A stretch of 62,930 nucleotides of DNA, the filler included, from Octopus bimaculoides (lineage: Eukaryota): assembly GCF_001194135.2 (NCBI RefSeq). It is 6 parts of 6 records of this genome, joined end to end, with 100 filler letters (N's around TTAATTAATTAA, not from the genome) between each part and the next. Parts side by side here need not be neighbours in the genome. Positions count along the whole stretch, not along the records: positions 32,180 to 39,365 come from NC_068983.1; positions 39,466 to 60,094 come from NC_068985.1; 4 more parts are not named here. One strand, given 5' to 3'. Positions 37,605-49,000 of this stretch are shown one piece after another. Each line of letters opens with the position of its first letter. Position 1 is the first letter of the stretch. The notes under the pieces are model-generated. The model saw only the letters and a program-made list of their open reading frames with translations, made no database searches and was not told the DNA's origin. A program made the position numbers and the translations under genes.

Positions 37605-38909
37605 NNNNNNNNNNNNNNNNNNNNNNNNNNNNNNNNNNNNNNNNNNNNNNNNNNNNNNNNNNNNNNNNNNNNNNNNNNNNNNNNNNNNNNNNNNNNNNNN
37701 NNNNNNNNNNNNNNNNNNNNNNNNNNNNNNNNNNNNNNNNNNNNNNNNNNNNNNNNNNNNNNNNNNNNNNNNNNNNNNNNNNNNNNNNNNNNNNNNNNNN
37801 NNNNNNNNNNNNNNNNNNNNNNNNNNNNNNNNNNNNNNNNNNNNNNNNNNNNNNNNNNNNNNNNNNNNNNNNNNNNNNNNNNNNNNNNNNNNNNNNNNNN
37901 NNNNNNNNNNNNNNATATATATCATACCATACAAACTTCCGTGTTGGGACGCACGTTTTTTTTTTGCTTTGGGGTTTTTTTTTAGAAAAATGAAAGTAGG
38001 GCGTGCAGCAAAAAATGTTGAGAAGCACTTTCTTGTATGGTCGCTCCACCTGTTAGAAACATTTGCAAAATCTCTTTCAAATAGCACTTTGTGATGCAGT
38101 CTTTACAACGTTGAATATGTGTGTTCGGTGAGAGATATAATGAATTCAGGAATCTACCACGACTTTCAAGGTTCTTCGTGCATGCTGTTCAAGACTTGTA
38201 GGAGGGACGCAATATTATGATGCAGAAGAAACTTGCATGAATTCACTAGAAGATATTTTCGAGGTTTTTTGTTCATGCTGTCAGTTTTAAATTGGTGTGA
38301 GTAGTTCAGGTTGCATGTGGATAAAGCTTGGGTGTGGAAAGTGTGAGAAGAATGGAGGTTGGGGGCAAGTAGATGATATATAAGGAGAGGTATGGGTGGG
38401 ATTACAAATTGAAACTTGGAATGCACCAGATGTCATAGAGTTTGGATAAGAAAGAGCTCTATCAGAATGCGTTATAATGATGTAATCTGACATAAAGCCA
38501 CTGCATATGTAACACACATACATATAGCACACACACACACACACACGTGTGTGTGTGCGTGCGTGCGTGCTTGTGTGTGTATGTGTAAACCTTTTCCCAA
38601 TTAGAAAGCTATAAGCCAATAAAGATGAAAAATACAGATGTGAGAACAGAAACAGGAAAAAATATTTATAATTGAAATAATAAACGAACGACTAAATAAG
38701 GGAAATAAAGAAAATGTATGTATGCGTATAAATGTTTGTTGAGCACAAAAGAATCCTATTAAAAATATATACGAGTCTCATGATGGATGATTGTCTATAT
38801 ATAAATTGCGAAACAAAAGATGGTAGTTAAAAAAGGAGAGAAGTCATGTTTGGAATATCTCATGAAATATAACAAAGAAAGCACATTATATAAACTTCTC
38901 TTCTAATGA

Positions 38910-38975
38910 AGGGCTGGCCAACCTGAGGCCCGCGGGCTGCGTGCGGCCCACAGACTTTATCTTGCGGCCCGCTTG
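38910..38975 (+). mobile_element. hAT (Charlie-type) MITE terminus
   Basis: AGGGCTGGCCAACCTGAGGCCCGCGGGCTGCGTGCGGCCC, a typical hAT end with GCGGCCC subterminal repeats. Confidence 0.7.
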
Positions 38976-39010
38976 ATACTTTCTTGAAGTATTGTGTTTA
39001 ATTTCAAAAT

Positions 39011-39276
39011 AAAATTGTTTGTATTATTTACATTATTTACATTTGACGGATATTCGTCCTCATCTTGTTTGTTGTTAACACAACGTTTCGGCTGATATAC
39101 CCTCCAGCCTTCGTCAGGTGTCTTGGGGAAATTTCGAACCTGGGTTCTCATTCCTATCGATGTTACTATTATTATTATATTATTATTAATATATTATTAA
39201 TCAGATCGCTGCCGTGAATCGAACTCGGAACCTTGGGATTAGTAGCCCGCGCTCTTAACCACTACGCTATATGCCC
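39011..39276 (-). mobile_element. tRNA-headed SINE-like element carrying a hammerhead ribozyme
   Basis: tRNA-like head at 39206-39276 (A box TAGCGTAGTGG, B box GTTCGATTC, unpaired acceptor stem), then a TAA-rich spacer, a hammerhead at 39077-39122, and a GTAAATAAT-repeat tail. Confidence 0.7.
39077..39122 (-). ncRNA. Minimal type I hammerhead ribozyme, intact core
   Basis: GACAC CUGACGA A GGCUG-GAGGGUAUAU-CAGCC GAAA CG UU GUGUU. 5-bp stem I, 5-bp stem II, palindromic ACGU stem III, GUU cleavage after 39082. Confidence 0.8.
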
Positions 39277-39537
39277 GTGGGTAATTATGGGGTGAATTTT
39301 AAGGCTTATAAATCTATTATTTTTCTATCCTTCCTCAATACCGGTTCCCATATGCTATTCATATCNNNNNNNNNNNNNNNNNNNNNNNNNNNNNNNNNNN
39401 NNNNNNNNNTTAATTAATTAANNNNNNNNNNNNNNNNNNNNNNNNNNNNNNNNNNNNNNNNNNNNCATTAGTAGTAGTAGTAGTAGTAGCAGTAGTAGCA
39501 GCATTAGTAGTAGTAGTAGTAGTAGTAGTAGCAGCAT

Positions 39538-39576
<39 letters not shown>

Positions 39577-40069
39577 CAGCAGCAGCATCAAAAGCGAGAG
39601 AGGAGCATTAGGAGGAGGAAAAACAGGGAGAAAATAATGAAAGTGGTAGTGTTTTAGTTATTAATGGTGGTGGCAGTGGTGGTAGTAGTGGGTGTAGGGT
39701 GAGGCAAGGGAGATATCGTTTCTCGGCGTGGTGAGGTGTTCATTGGAGAAGGGGGCTTAAGGTGGGTGGGATGCTAGAATTGAAAAAAAAAATTGTCAGA
39801 AAGACATGTGGGTTAGGAAAGGCAATGGGTTTGGGCGGGGTTGGTGTCTGAATTTCCTTTGATCTTAGTTTTTCGTTCGCCGATAATAATACTAATAAAA
39901 GAATTAAAAATAGAAATTATAAATAATTAAATAAAAAGAGTATAATAAAGGAAAAGAAAAAAAATGCATTGACAAATTGATAAAAAAAAATAGGAAATGA
40001 AATATGAGAACGAATTTATTTTAAGAAACTGCCAAATATTTCCTTCACAACCATTATTAACACTACCAG

Positions 40070-40270
40070 CATCATGATGTTGATGATGATGATGACGTGA
40101 TGATGGTGGTGGTGGTGGTGGTAGTGTTGATGGTGAAGATGAATTTGATGGTAGTAATTATTATTACCATCATCATCATCATCATTATAATAATAATAAT
40201 AATAATAATTATTATTATTATTATTATTATTATCATTATTATTATCATTATTATTATTATCATCATCATT
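40070..40270. repeat. Compound trinucleotide microsatellite (GAT/GGT/CAT/TAA/TAT), representative of dozens of simple repeats in the window
   Basis: Directly visible. Similar tracts at 34045-34230, 39466-39590, 47390-47620 and 58614-58673, plus many (TA)n, (CA)n, (TACA)n and (GATA)n runs. Confidence 0.95.
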
Positions 40271-41074
40271 ATTACGGTAATTGTCTGTGTTATTTTTGTC
40301 ACCAAAATTATCATCAATAACGACATAGCTTCCGCGAACTAAGGCGGGAAAAATGCTTAGCGCCATTTTTTTCCCGACATTACGTTCTGAGTTCAAACAC
40401 ATCCGTGGTCCATTTTGCCTTTCATCCTTTCCGAGTCGTACCAGCTGAACACTGAGATCGATGTAATCGACTAACCCCTTCCTCGAATTTGCTGGCCAAT
40501 TTCCAAAATTTGAAGCCATTATCTCTATATTAATGCACTAAGGCCGAATGCGTTACTCTGTCACGTGGTTAGTTGAAGGGAGAGGTGAAGCGCGAGAGAA
40601 AATGAAGGAGAGGGAAGTGTAGACAACGTGGTGGTGAATAGATAGTGAAAAGTCAGCAACTAGGGACATGTTCAACTGACAAGCAACTGACGAGCAAATC
40701 TGCGGTATTAAGCAGAATATTTGCTGTAACCCATCTTTTACACCAAGACAAAACATAAACATGTTCATACTTCCAGTCAGTTAAGATCAGACGCCATGTG
40801 AGCCACTGCCTGGTACTGCATCAGGGTATTGGCACGCCGGGCGAAATACTTAGCGGCATGTCGTCCATCGCTACGGTCTGAGTTCAAATTCCGCCGAGGT
40901 TGACTTTGTCTTTCATCCTTTCGTAATCGATGAAAGAGGTACTAGACGAGTTCTGGGGTCGATGTAATCGACTATCTCCACCCCCTAATTCCAGGTTTTG
41001 TGCCTATAGTAGAAAGGATCATTATTATTATTAAGGTGGCGAGCTGGCAGAATCTTTAGCACGACTCTACCGCA

Positions 41075-41716
41075 ACGTAACATCAGATGAAAGGATGAGC
41101 CTATATCAGCAGAATCCTATGCATGGATATGTTAGTAGAAAGCTCCAAGATGATAGTAATATCGATCATCAAAGCAGACTATCATGGACCAATCGCCGGA
41201 TTACTCCCTCCCATTTTGCAATCCAGGAACAGAAAATATCAACCAAGTACCTGGTGCATAAAAGGGATAGAGATGCAAGAAAAGCAGTAAAATGTGACAA
41301 CCGTTGCAGACTTTGTGGGGTTAACACCGGATATATCACCCACATCATAAGCAGTTCTCCGAAAATGTCCTCACAGTATTATCTGCCGATAAGACATGAC
41401 GTTGTAGCTAGGACACACTATAATGAAATCCGTCAGAAGGATAATCTCGAGGACAAAGAAATAAGAACACACAATATGGTAGAAGCCATAGCCACTCATA
41501 ACAAAAAGGAACGCTTGTAGAATGTCCAAGTTGAAACCTCAATAACATGTAAGCACAACAGAACTGATACGATGATTTGGGATAGAAAAGAGAGATTGTG
41601 CACAGTTGCAGAAATTAGTTGCCCAGCGGATGTTAAAATAAAGCTGAAGATCAGTGAAAAAGAGAACACATATGCCGAACTATTGAGAAATCTGCAGTTA
41701 CTCTATCCAGATTACA
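41075..41716 (+). mobile_element. 3' fragment of a restriction-like-endonuclease LINE (R4/Dong/NeSL-type)
   Basis: Zn-knuckle CRLCG...HIISSS, YYLPIRHDVVAR, then HNRTD..IWD...EISCPAD...EKENTY RLE motifs, with stops and frameshifts. Confidence 0.85.
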
Positions 41717-43102
41717 NNNNNNNNNNNNNNNNNNNNNNNNNNNNNNNNNNNNNNNNNNNNNNNNNNNNNNNNNNNNNNNNNNNNNNNNNNNNNNNNNNNN
41801 NNNNNNNNNNNNNNNNNNNNNNNNNNNNNNNNNNNNNNNNNNNNNNNNNNNNNNNNNNNNNNNNNNNNNNNNNNNNNNNNNNNNNNNNNNNNNNNNNNNN
41901 NNNNNNNNNNNNNNNNNNNNNNNNNNNNNNNNNNNNNNNNNNNNNNNNNNNNNNNNNNNNNNNNNNNNNNNNNNNNNNNNNNNNNNNNNNNNNNNNNNNN
42001 NNNNNNNNNNNNNNNNNNNNNNNNNNNNNNNNNNNNNNNNNNNNNNNNNNNNNNNNNNNNNNNNNNNNNNNNNNNNNNNNNNNNNNNNNNNNNNNNNNNN
42101 NNNNNNNNNNNNNNNNNNNNNNNNNNNNNATGCATGCACACATAAAATCATACATAATGTATACATACGTACGTACATACATATATATATTCATACATAC
42201 ATACAAACCTATTTATATATGCATGTATGTGTATGTATGTAAGTTTGTATGCATGCATGCTTGTATGTATGTATTTGTGTGCATTATAGTTTCGCTGGTT
42301 GCTGGTTCGTATGGAATGTATGTATGTATGTATGTATGTGTGTATGTATGTATGTATGTATGTATGTGTGTATGTATGTATGTATGTATAATCTCTCCTT
42401 CTCACTGATTATTTCTGTGTCTCACCCCTGTATGCTTTTCCTTTTCTTATGATGAAGAACAAACATCTGAAACGTTGTGACATTATCTCTTGCCATTAAA
42501 AAGAAAAGCTGCTTCTTTATTTTTGATAAATATTGTCCCTCTCGTGTTGTCTCTTTTATTGCACATCGTATTAACACTGTGTATCTCTTCTTTTCACACA
42601 CACTTACATATGCATACATACATACATACATACATACATACATACATACATACATACATACATTCATACATACATACATACATACAGACATACATATATA
42701 TATATATATGTATATATATATGTGTATATATATATGCATATATATATGATATATAATTACACACGTACATATATACACATACATATATATATATATATAT
42801 ATATGCATATATACGTATATATATCCGTATATATGTGATATATATACGCATACATACATACATACATACGTACGTACGTACATACATATATATATCTATA
42901 ATATATATCCGTATATATGTGATATATATACGCATACATACATACATACANNNNNNNNNNNNNNNNNNNNNNNNNNNNNNNNNNNNNNNNNNNNNNNNNN
43001 NNNNNNNNNNNNNNNNNNNNNNNNNNNNNNNNNNNNNNNNNNNNNNNNNNNNNNNNNNNNNNNNNNNNNNNNNNNNNNNNNNNNNNNNNNNNNNNNNNNN
43101 NN

Positions 43103-43159
<57 letters not shown>

Positions 43160-43288
43160 CATACATACACGCATATATATATATGTACACACACGCGCAC
43201 GTATTCAAGTATTTGTATATGTAGTTATATAGACAGACAGACAGACAGGTAGATAGATAGATAGATAGATAGATAGATNNNNNNNNNN

Positions 43289-43323
<35 letters not shown>

Positions 43324-43388
43324 AATGATTGGTTCTTAATATCGAGTTAGATTATACTTAAAACTCTCTCTCAAATACGCGCGCGCGC

Positions 43389-43430
<42 letters not shown>

Positions 43431-44287
43431 ACACAGAGACAAGCACACTCAAAACAAACGCACACATACACACACGCACTAATTTCGTGGCGTGAGATTT
43501 TGTGAGAGTGAATAATAAACGTTTCCGCATGAACATATTCCTATGTACTTTTACACTTCAAAGCATTACACATATGTATATATAAGCACGAGTGTATGTT
43601 GGCGTGTTGGTATTTGTTGTGTGTCTGTACAATGGCGTTATGTTTCGCGTGTGCGCGTGTAGATGTTTGTATGAGTGTGTGCGTGTGTGTGTGTGCATGT
43701 GTGTTAATAATCCTATACTTATCTATTATTTATATTATAAACACCTCTTTTATCTATTTTCAGAAATGACTAACCTACTATTCTCCCTCTACACACAAAC
43801 ACGTATATAATCATATAAATACATTCATACATATATGTATATATGCATATTTTCCATATATATGTGTGTGTGTATGTATGTATGTATGTATGTATATGTG
43901 TGTGTACGTACGAATGTATGACTGTATGGGTGCATGTAGATATAGCTTATTATTTGCAATTTATATTATATTTTATTTTCATGTTTTCAATAAATATTTC
44001 CCTTTGTTGTTTCAATCTTATCTGTATCATCGTAATGCACACATACAGATTTTTGTCTCACATAGACATGTATATATATATATATATATACACCCGTACA
44101 CTCATACACACGTACGGACGCACGTACACGCACACGTACACACGCAGGTACACACACACTCCGTCTCTCTCCCTGTCTCTGCTCTGTCTGTCTCTTTACT
44201 TACAAACATTCACACGTTTACTGATGCTTTCATATGTGCGTATAAAGAAATATAGAGGAAAACAATTGCACACATATACGCTCTGTA

Positions 44288-44336
<49 letters not shown>

Positions 44337-44492
44337 GTCTGTCTGTCTGTCTGTCTATATATCTATCTATCTCCCTATCTATTCATTTATCTATACATAT
44401 GTATATAAATACTTATATATGTATATAGGTGTGTGTGCGTGTGTATATATCCATGTATGTATATACATGTGTGTGTATATATGTATATATGT

Positions 44493-44534
<42 letters not shown>

Positions 44535-44544
44535 NNNNNNNNNN

Positions 44545-44580
<36 letters not shown>

Positions 44581-44817
44581 TATATACGAATGTATGTGTG
44601 TGTGTAAGTGTGTGTGTGTATGTATGTATGTATGTATGTATGTATGTATGTATGTGTGTGTATGCATGTAATTTCCAAAAAATTATATGAACTCAAACGT
44701 AAACACACGCATGCACACACACATACACACACTCTCTCTCTCTCTCACACACACACATGTAGGCACTAACACAGTACATACAACACGCACTCAACAAACT
44801 TACACAACACACTACAT

Positions 44818-44848
<31 letters not shown>

Positions 44849-45533
44849 GAGGCACACACGTGCGCGCGCATGCATACACACCAATATAGCATATATATAC
44901 ATCACCAAGATTCACACATTCATCAACACACTACTTAACCAAACACACACTGACAGCCAAAAATACGCATACGCGCACATGCACATATACACTCACATAT
45001 ACACACAATAACACACACGCATACACATATACACCAACTCATGGAAACTTATGCACACATACACACATTCACACACTCTTATTTCACTCTTACGCACACT
45101 CTTATATTTGACACACGCATTTACACTGACCCCACACACTCAATCACACAAACACACACACACACGCACTTAGTCACATACACACATACACGCACACACC
45201 TCAAGCAAGATGACACCTCCAATCAAGCGGCGGCGAGATCAAAGGAGTCATCAGTCTGAAAAGTTGAATTGATAACGAACTCAGCAAAAGATGGATTTTA
45301 GTGGGGGTGAGGCATGGTAGGTGAGCGGTGGGAGGTGGGGGGGGGGCTAGGTTTGGTATGCTTGAGGGGTGAGGTTCGTGGGTTAAAGGGGTGAATACAA
45401 AGGGCACAGAGTTGGGTGTTGTAATGTAACACTTTCAATTAATCATTCCCTTCCTTCCTCCCCCTCCTCCTCCTCTTCCTACTACTACTACTACTACTGC
45501 TGCTGCAGCTGCAGGTACTATCACCACCACTAA

Positions 45534-45567
<34 letters not shown>

Positions 45568-46100
45568 NNNNNNNNNNNNNNNNNNNNNNNNNNNNNNNNN
45601 NNNNNNNNNNNNNNNNNNNNNNNNNNNNNNNNNNNNNNNNNNNNNNNNNNNNNNNNNNNNNNNNNNNNNNNNNNNNNNNNNNNNNNNNNNNNNNNNNNNN
45701 NNNNNNNNNNNNNNNNNNNNNNNNNNNNNNNNNNNNNNNNNNNNNNNNNNNNNNNNNNNNNNNNNNNNNNNNNNNNNNNNNNNNNNNNNNNNNNNNNNNN
45801 NNNNNNNNNNNNNNNNNNNNNNNNNNNNNNNNNNNNNNNNNNNNNNNNNNNNNNNNNNNNNNNNNNNNNNNNNNNNNNNNNNNNNNNNNNNNNNNNNNNN
45901 NNNNNNNNNNNNNNNNNNNNNNNNNNNNNNNNNNNNNNNNNNNNNNNNNNNNNNNNNNNNNNNNNNNNNNNNNNNNNNNNNNNNNNNNNNNNNNNNNNNN
46001 NNNNNNNNNNNNNNNNNNNNNNNNNNNNNNNNNNNNNNNNNNNNNNNNNNNNNNNNNNNNNNNNNNNNNNNNNNNNNNNNNNNNNNNNNNNNNNNNNAAT

Positions 46101-46224
46101 TTTAGAGTTCGGATTCTAGAGTTAGGGTTAGTTTTAGAGTTACGGTTAGGGTTATGATTATTTTTGCCATAACTTCACTCATAACCCCAACCCTAACTCT
46201 AAAACCCGAACCCTAACCCTAAAC
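46101..46224. repeat. Head-to-head degenerate telomeric arrays, (TTAGGG)-like then (CCCTAA)-like
   Basis: G-rich arm 46101-46157, a spacer of about 21 nt, and a C-rich arm 46179-46224. Confidence 0.75.
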
Positions 46225-46762
46225 TAGAGTTTGATTTAAAGAAGATTTGGCTGCTATTTCTAGGAAATGAAGTACTTGGACGTGCATTAATAATTCTGCC
46301 AGTTCCAATAACAAGTGCAGGCAATATTCAAGTATTTTGATGGCTTTTTCCCCTTTGTTTACGAACAGTCTAGTTAATCGGAAATGTCAGAACTAACGGG
46401 GATTAATACGATATACACCGTTACAGCGCTAACTGTTTTCAACTGAATAGACGTGATTAGTTGAAATTATCGAAATAAGACAATTTTTAACGTAAAATAA
46501 CTTCGAATACAAAATTTTTTATCTGTTCTATACCACAAAATATACAAGTATACGAAGTTTGAAAGTGTTTCGGTACCAAAAACACTACATAAAAAATGTT
46601 GCCCGTCAAACCCCAAAGATCCACAAAATGGTACCCCAGTATGGCAGTAATTCAATGACTGAAACAAGTAAAAGACACATGCTAAATAATTATATGAAGA
46701 GTTACAGCAATAAGATATTGATTTCAAATTTTGACACAAGGCCAGCAACTTTGGCGGAGGAG

Positions 46763-47150
46763 GTAAGTCGATTACATCGACCCCAGTATTCAACTGGTAC
46801 TTGTTTTATCGAACCCGGACGGATGAAAGGTAAAAGTCGCCCCCGGTAGAATTTGAACTCAGAACGTAAATTACCCCTAAGCATTAAACTTTAGGGGAGG
46901 GAGTAAGTCGATTACATCGACCCCAGTACTCAACTGGTACTTGTTTTATCGAACCCGAAATGATGAAAGGTAAAAGTCGCCCCCGGTAGAATTTGAACTC
47001 AGAACGTAAATACCCTTAAGCATTAAATTTTAGGGGAGGGAGTAAGTCGATTACATCGACCCCAGTAATCAACTGGTACCTATTTTATCGAACCCGGACG
47101 GATGAAAGGTAAAAGTTGACCTTGACAAAATTTGAACTCAGAACGCGGAA
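46763..47150 (-). repeat. Tandem triplication (139-140 bp period) of a family-B SINE core
   Basis: GTAAGTCGATTACATCGACCCCAG starts at 46763, 46903 and 47042. An independent SINE copy follows at about 47230-47375. Confidence 0.9.
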
Positions 47151-47413
47151 GAACTGCCGCTTAGTATTTTTTTTCCGGCGCGGTAACGATTCCGCCAGTT
47201 CACCGCCCTAAGAACAAAGAAAAATTGATTCCAAATTTTGGCACAAGGCCGGCAATTTCTAGGAAGGCGGTAAGTCGATTACATCGACCCCAGGGTTCAG
47301 TTGGTTCTTATTTTATCGACTCCGAAAAGATGAAAGGCAAAGTTGACCTCGGCGGAATTTGATCTCAGGACGTGAAACAGCAACAAAATACCAGTAACAA
47401 CAACAATAACTGC

Positions 47414-47447
<34 letters not shown>

Positions 47448-48489
47448 AAATAACAACAACAACAACAACAACAACAACGGTAATAACCAAAAAAAAGCAG
47501 CAACAACAATCACAAAAAGAACAGAAGCAACAAAACAAGCACCAGCAACAGGATCAATAATAAGAATAACAACAACAAACACTACTACTACTACTACTAC
47601 TACTATAGCAACAATAACTATAATAACAACACCAACAATACTGACAACTGTAACGACCACGTCATATCTTATAAGAATGAATAACGACAGCAGAATCTGT
47701 AACAACAACAAAAACAACCAGTTTCACTAAGTGGAAAAGAAGAAAAGAAAAAGGGGGATAGACAGAGAGGAAGAAGGAGTGTGAGAGAGAGAAAGAGAGA
47801 AATAAAGAGAGTAAGAGAGAGAAAGTGAGAGAGTTGTTGGTATTTCACCCGTCATGTTTCGATGACATCACCAGCATTATTTTTTCTCGCATCTTCTGAA
47901 AGCTGTCTTTTTTTTTTTTGTTAAAACATAACATACATGCCAGGGAGAACAACAACAACAACAACAACTACAGGTTAATGAGGGAGCCTGCAATGTGGTG
48001 GCTCGACCTATTAGAAATAGCAACCAAATCAACTTCCAATGACACCTGACCGTTTATTAGGAAGAAAAGTTTTGAAAGACACATTGGATGATGTTGTTCA
48101 AGATACATTTATCTCTGAAAAGGTGGGACGATCATATCTGGACCACTTTTCATCGTTGGTTTCCTCAATTAAGGCTGACTTAGATCAAAATATCATCAAT
48201 AATTATATTTGTAAAAACAAAAAAAAAATATGGCTGTGTGGTTTAAGAGGTCTGCTTTGCAACCACGCGGTTTCGGTTTCAGTCCCAATCTATGAGATCA
48301 CGTTCAAAGTAGATTCGTTCACCTAGACCCTTGCTCACAACTTTCATCCACCTGCAGCACTCCCTTCTTTACTTTCATTTTCCTTTTCGAGAGAAACTTG
48401 AAAAAAAAAGAGATGAGAGCTTGGAGAAAGAGCAGTGTGTCTTTTCAGCCTTTTCAGTTTGTTTCATCATACAACCTTTTTCAGTAACA

Positions 48490-49000
48490 CCATCAGACAG
48501 ATAAACACTGTATGTCCTTTCCGGCTAAAGGAAAGCAACGGGACGATCTTCACAATGGATTCAGCAGATAGCTGGATCGGTCCTACATGTGACCGCAGGT
48601 GTTCAATATAATTCCACAAGTCAGCAATGCTTGGTTGAGCATTGGATGGGCACTACCTCCCGGTAGCACTGCAAAACCAGAGATTTCCAAAGGCCCCCGG
48701 AATAGACAGCTTCTTTATTTTCGTCAACGCCCAGAGTCTGCATAAGAACATCGTCGCTCTTATTCCCAATAGAATGTCAAAGTAGAATTTCCACCGGCCG
48801 CATTAACCAATTGGTAAAGGTCTTTGAGCGTATGATGACATCCCAGATGCTAAGTGCCCTGTTTTGATTTTGTTTGATCCAGCACTGCTAAACTGTTTGA
48901 CAAACGTTAAGGAATTGCTGGAGATGTCGAAACTTCAGAGTATGTCTGTGCATCATCAGCCACGGCATGTCCAGTTTTGCACTCAGCGGGTGTTGACAGC
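48490..49000 (-). mobile_element. Decayed LINE ORF2 fragment, probably Tx1/L1 clade
   Basis: One frame with scattered stops: LKFRHLQQFL..CW...LSIWDVIIRSKTFTNWLMRP...VYSGGLWK...GSAHPMLNQAL. The clade assignment is from memory of motifs. Confidence 0.45.

Noticed and set aside
39206-39276. Possible functional tRNA-Ser (ACT anticodon)
   Set aside because: The acceptor stem does not pair and the T-stem has a mismatch; treated as a SINE head.
42148-45259. Many ORFs of YI/HT/VC/MY dipeptide repeats
   Set aside because: These are translations of (TA)n, (CA)n and (TACA)n microsatellites.
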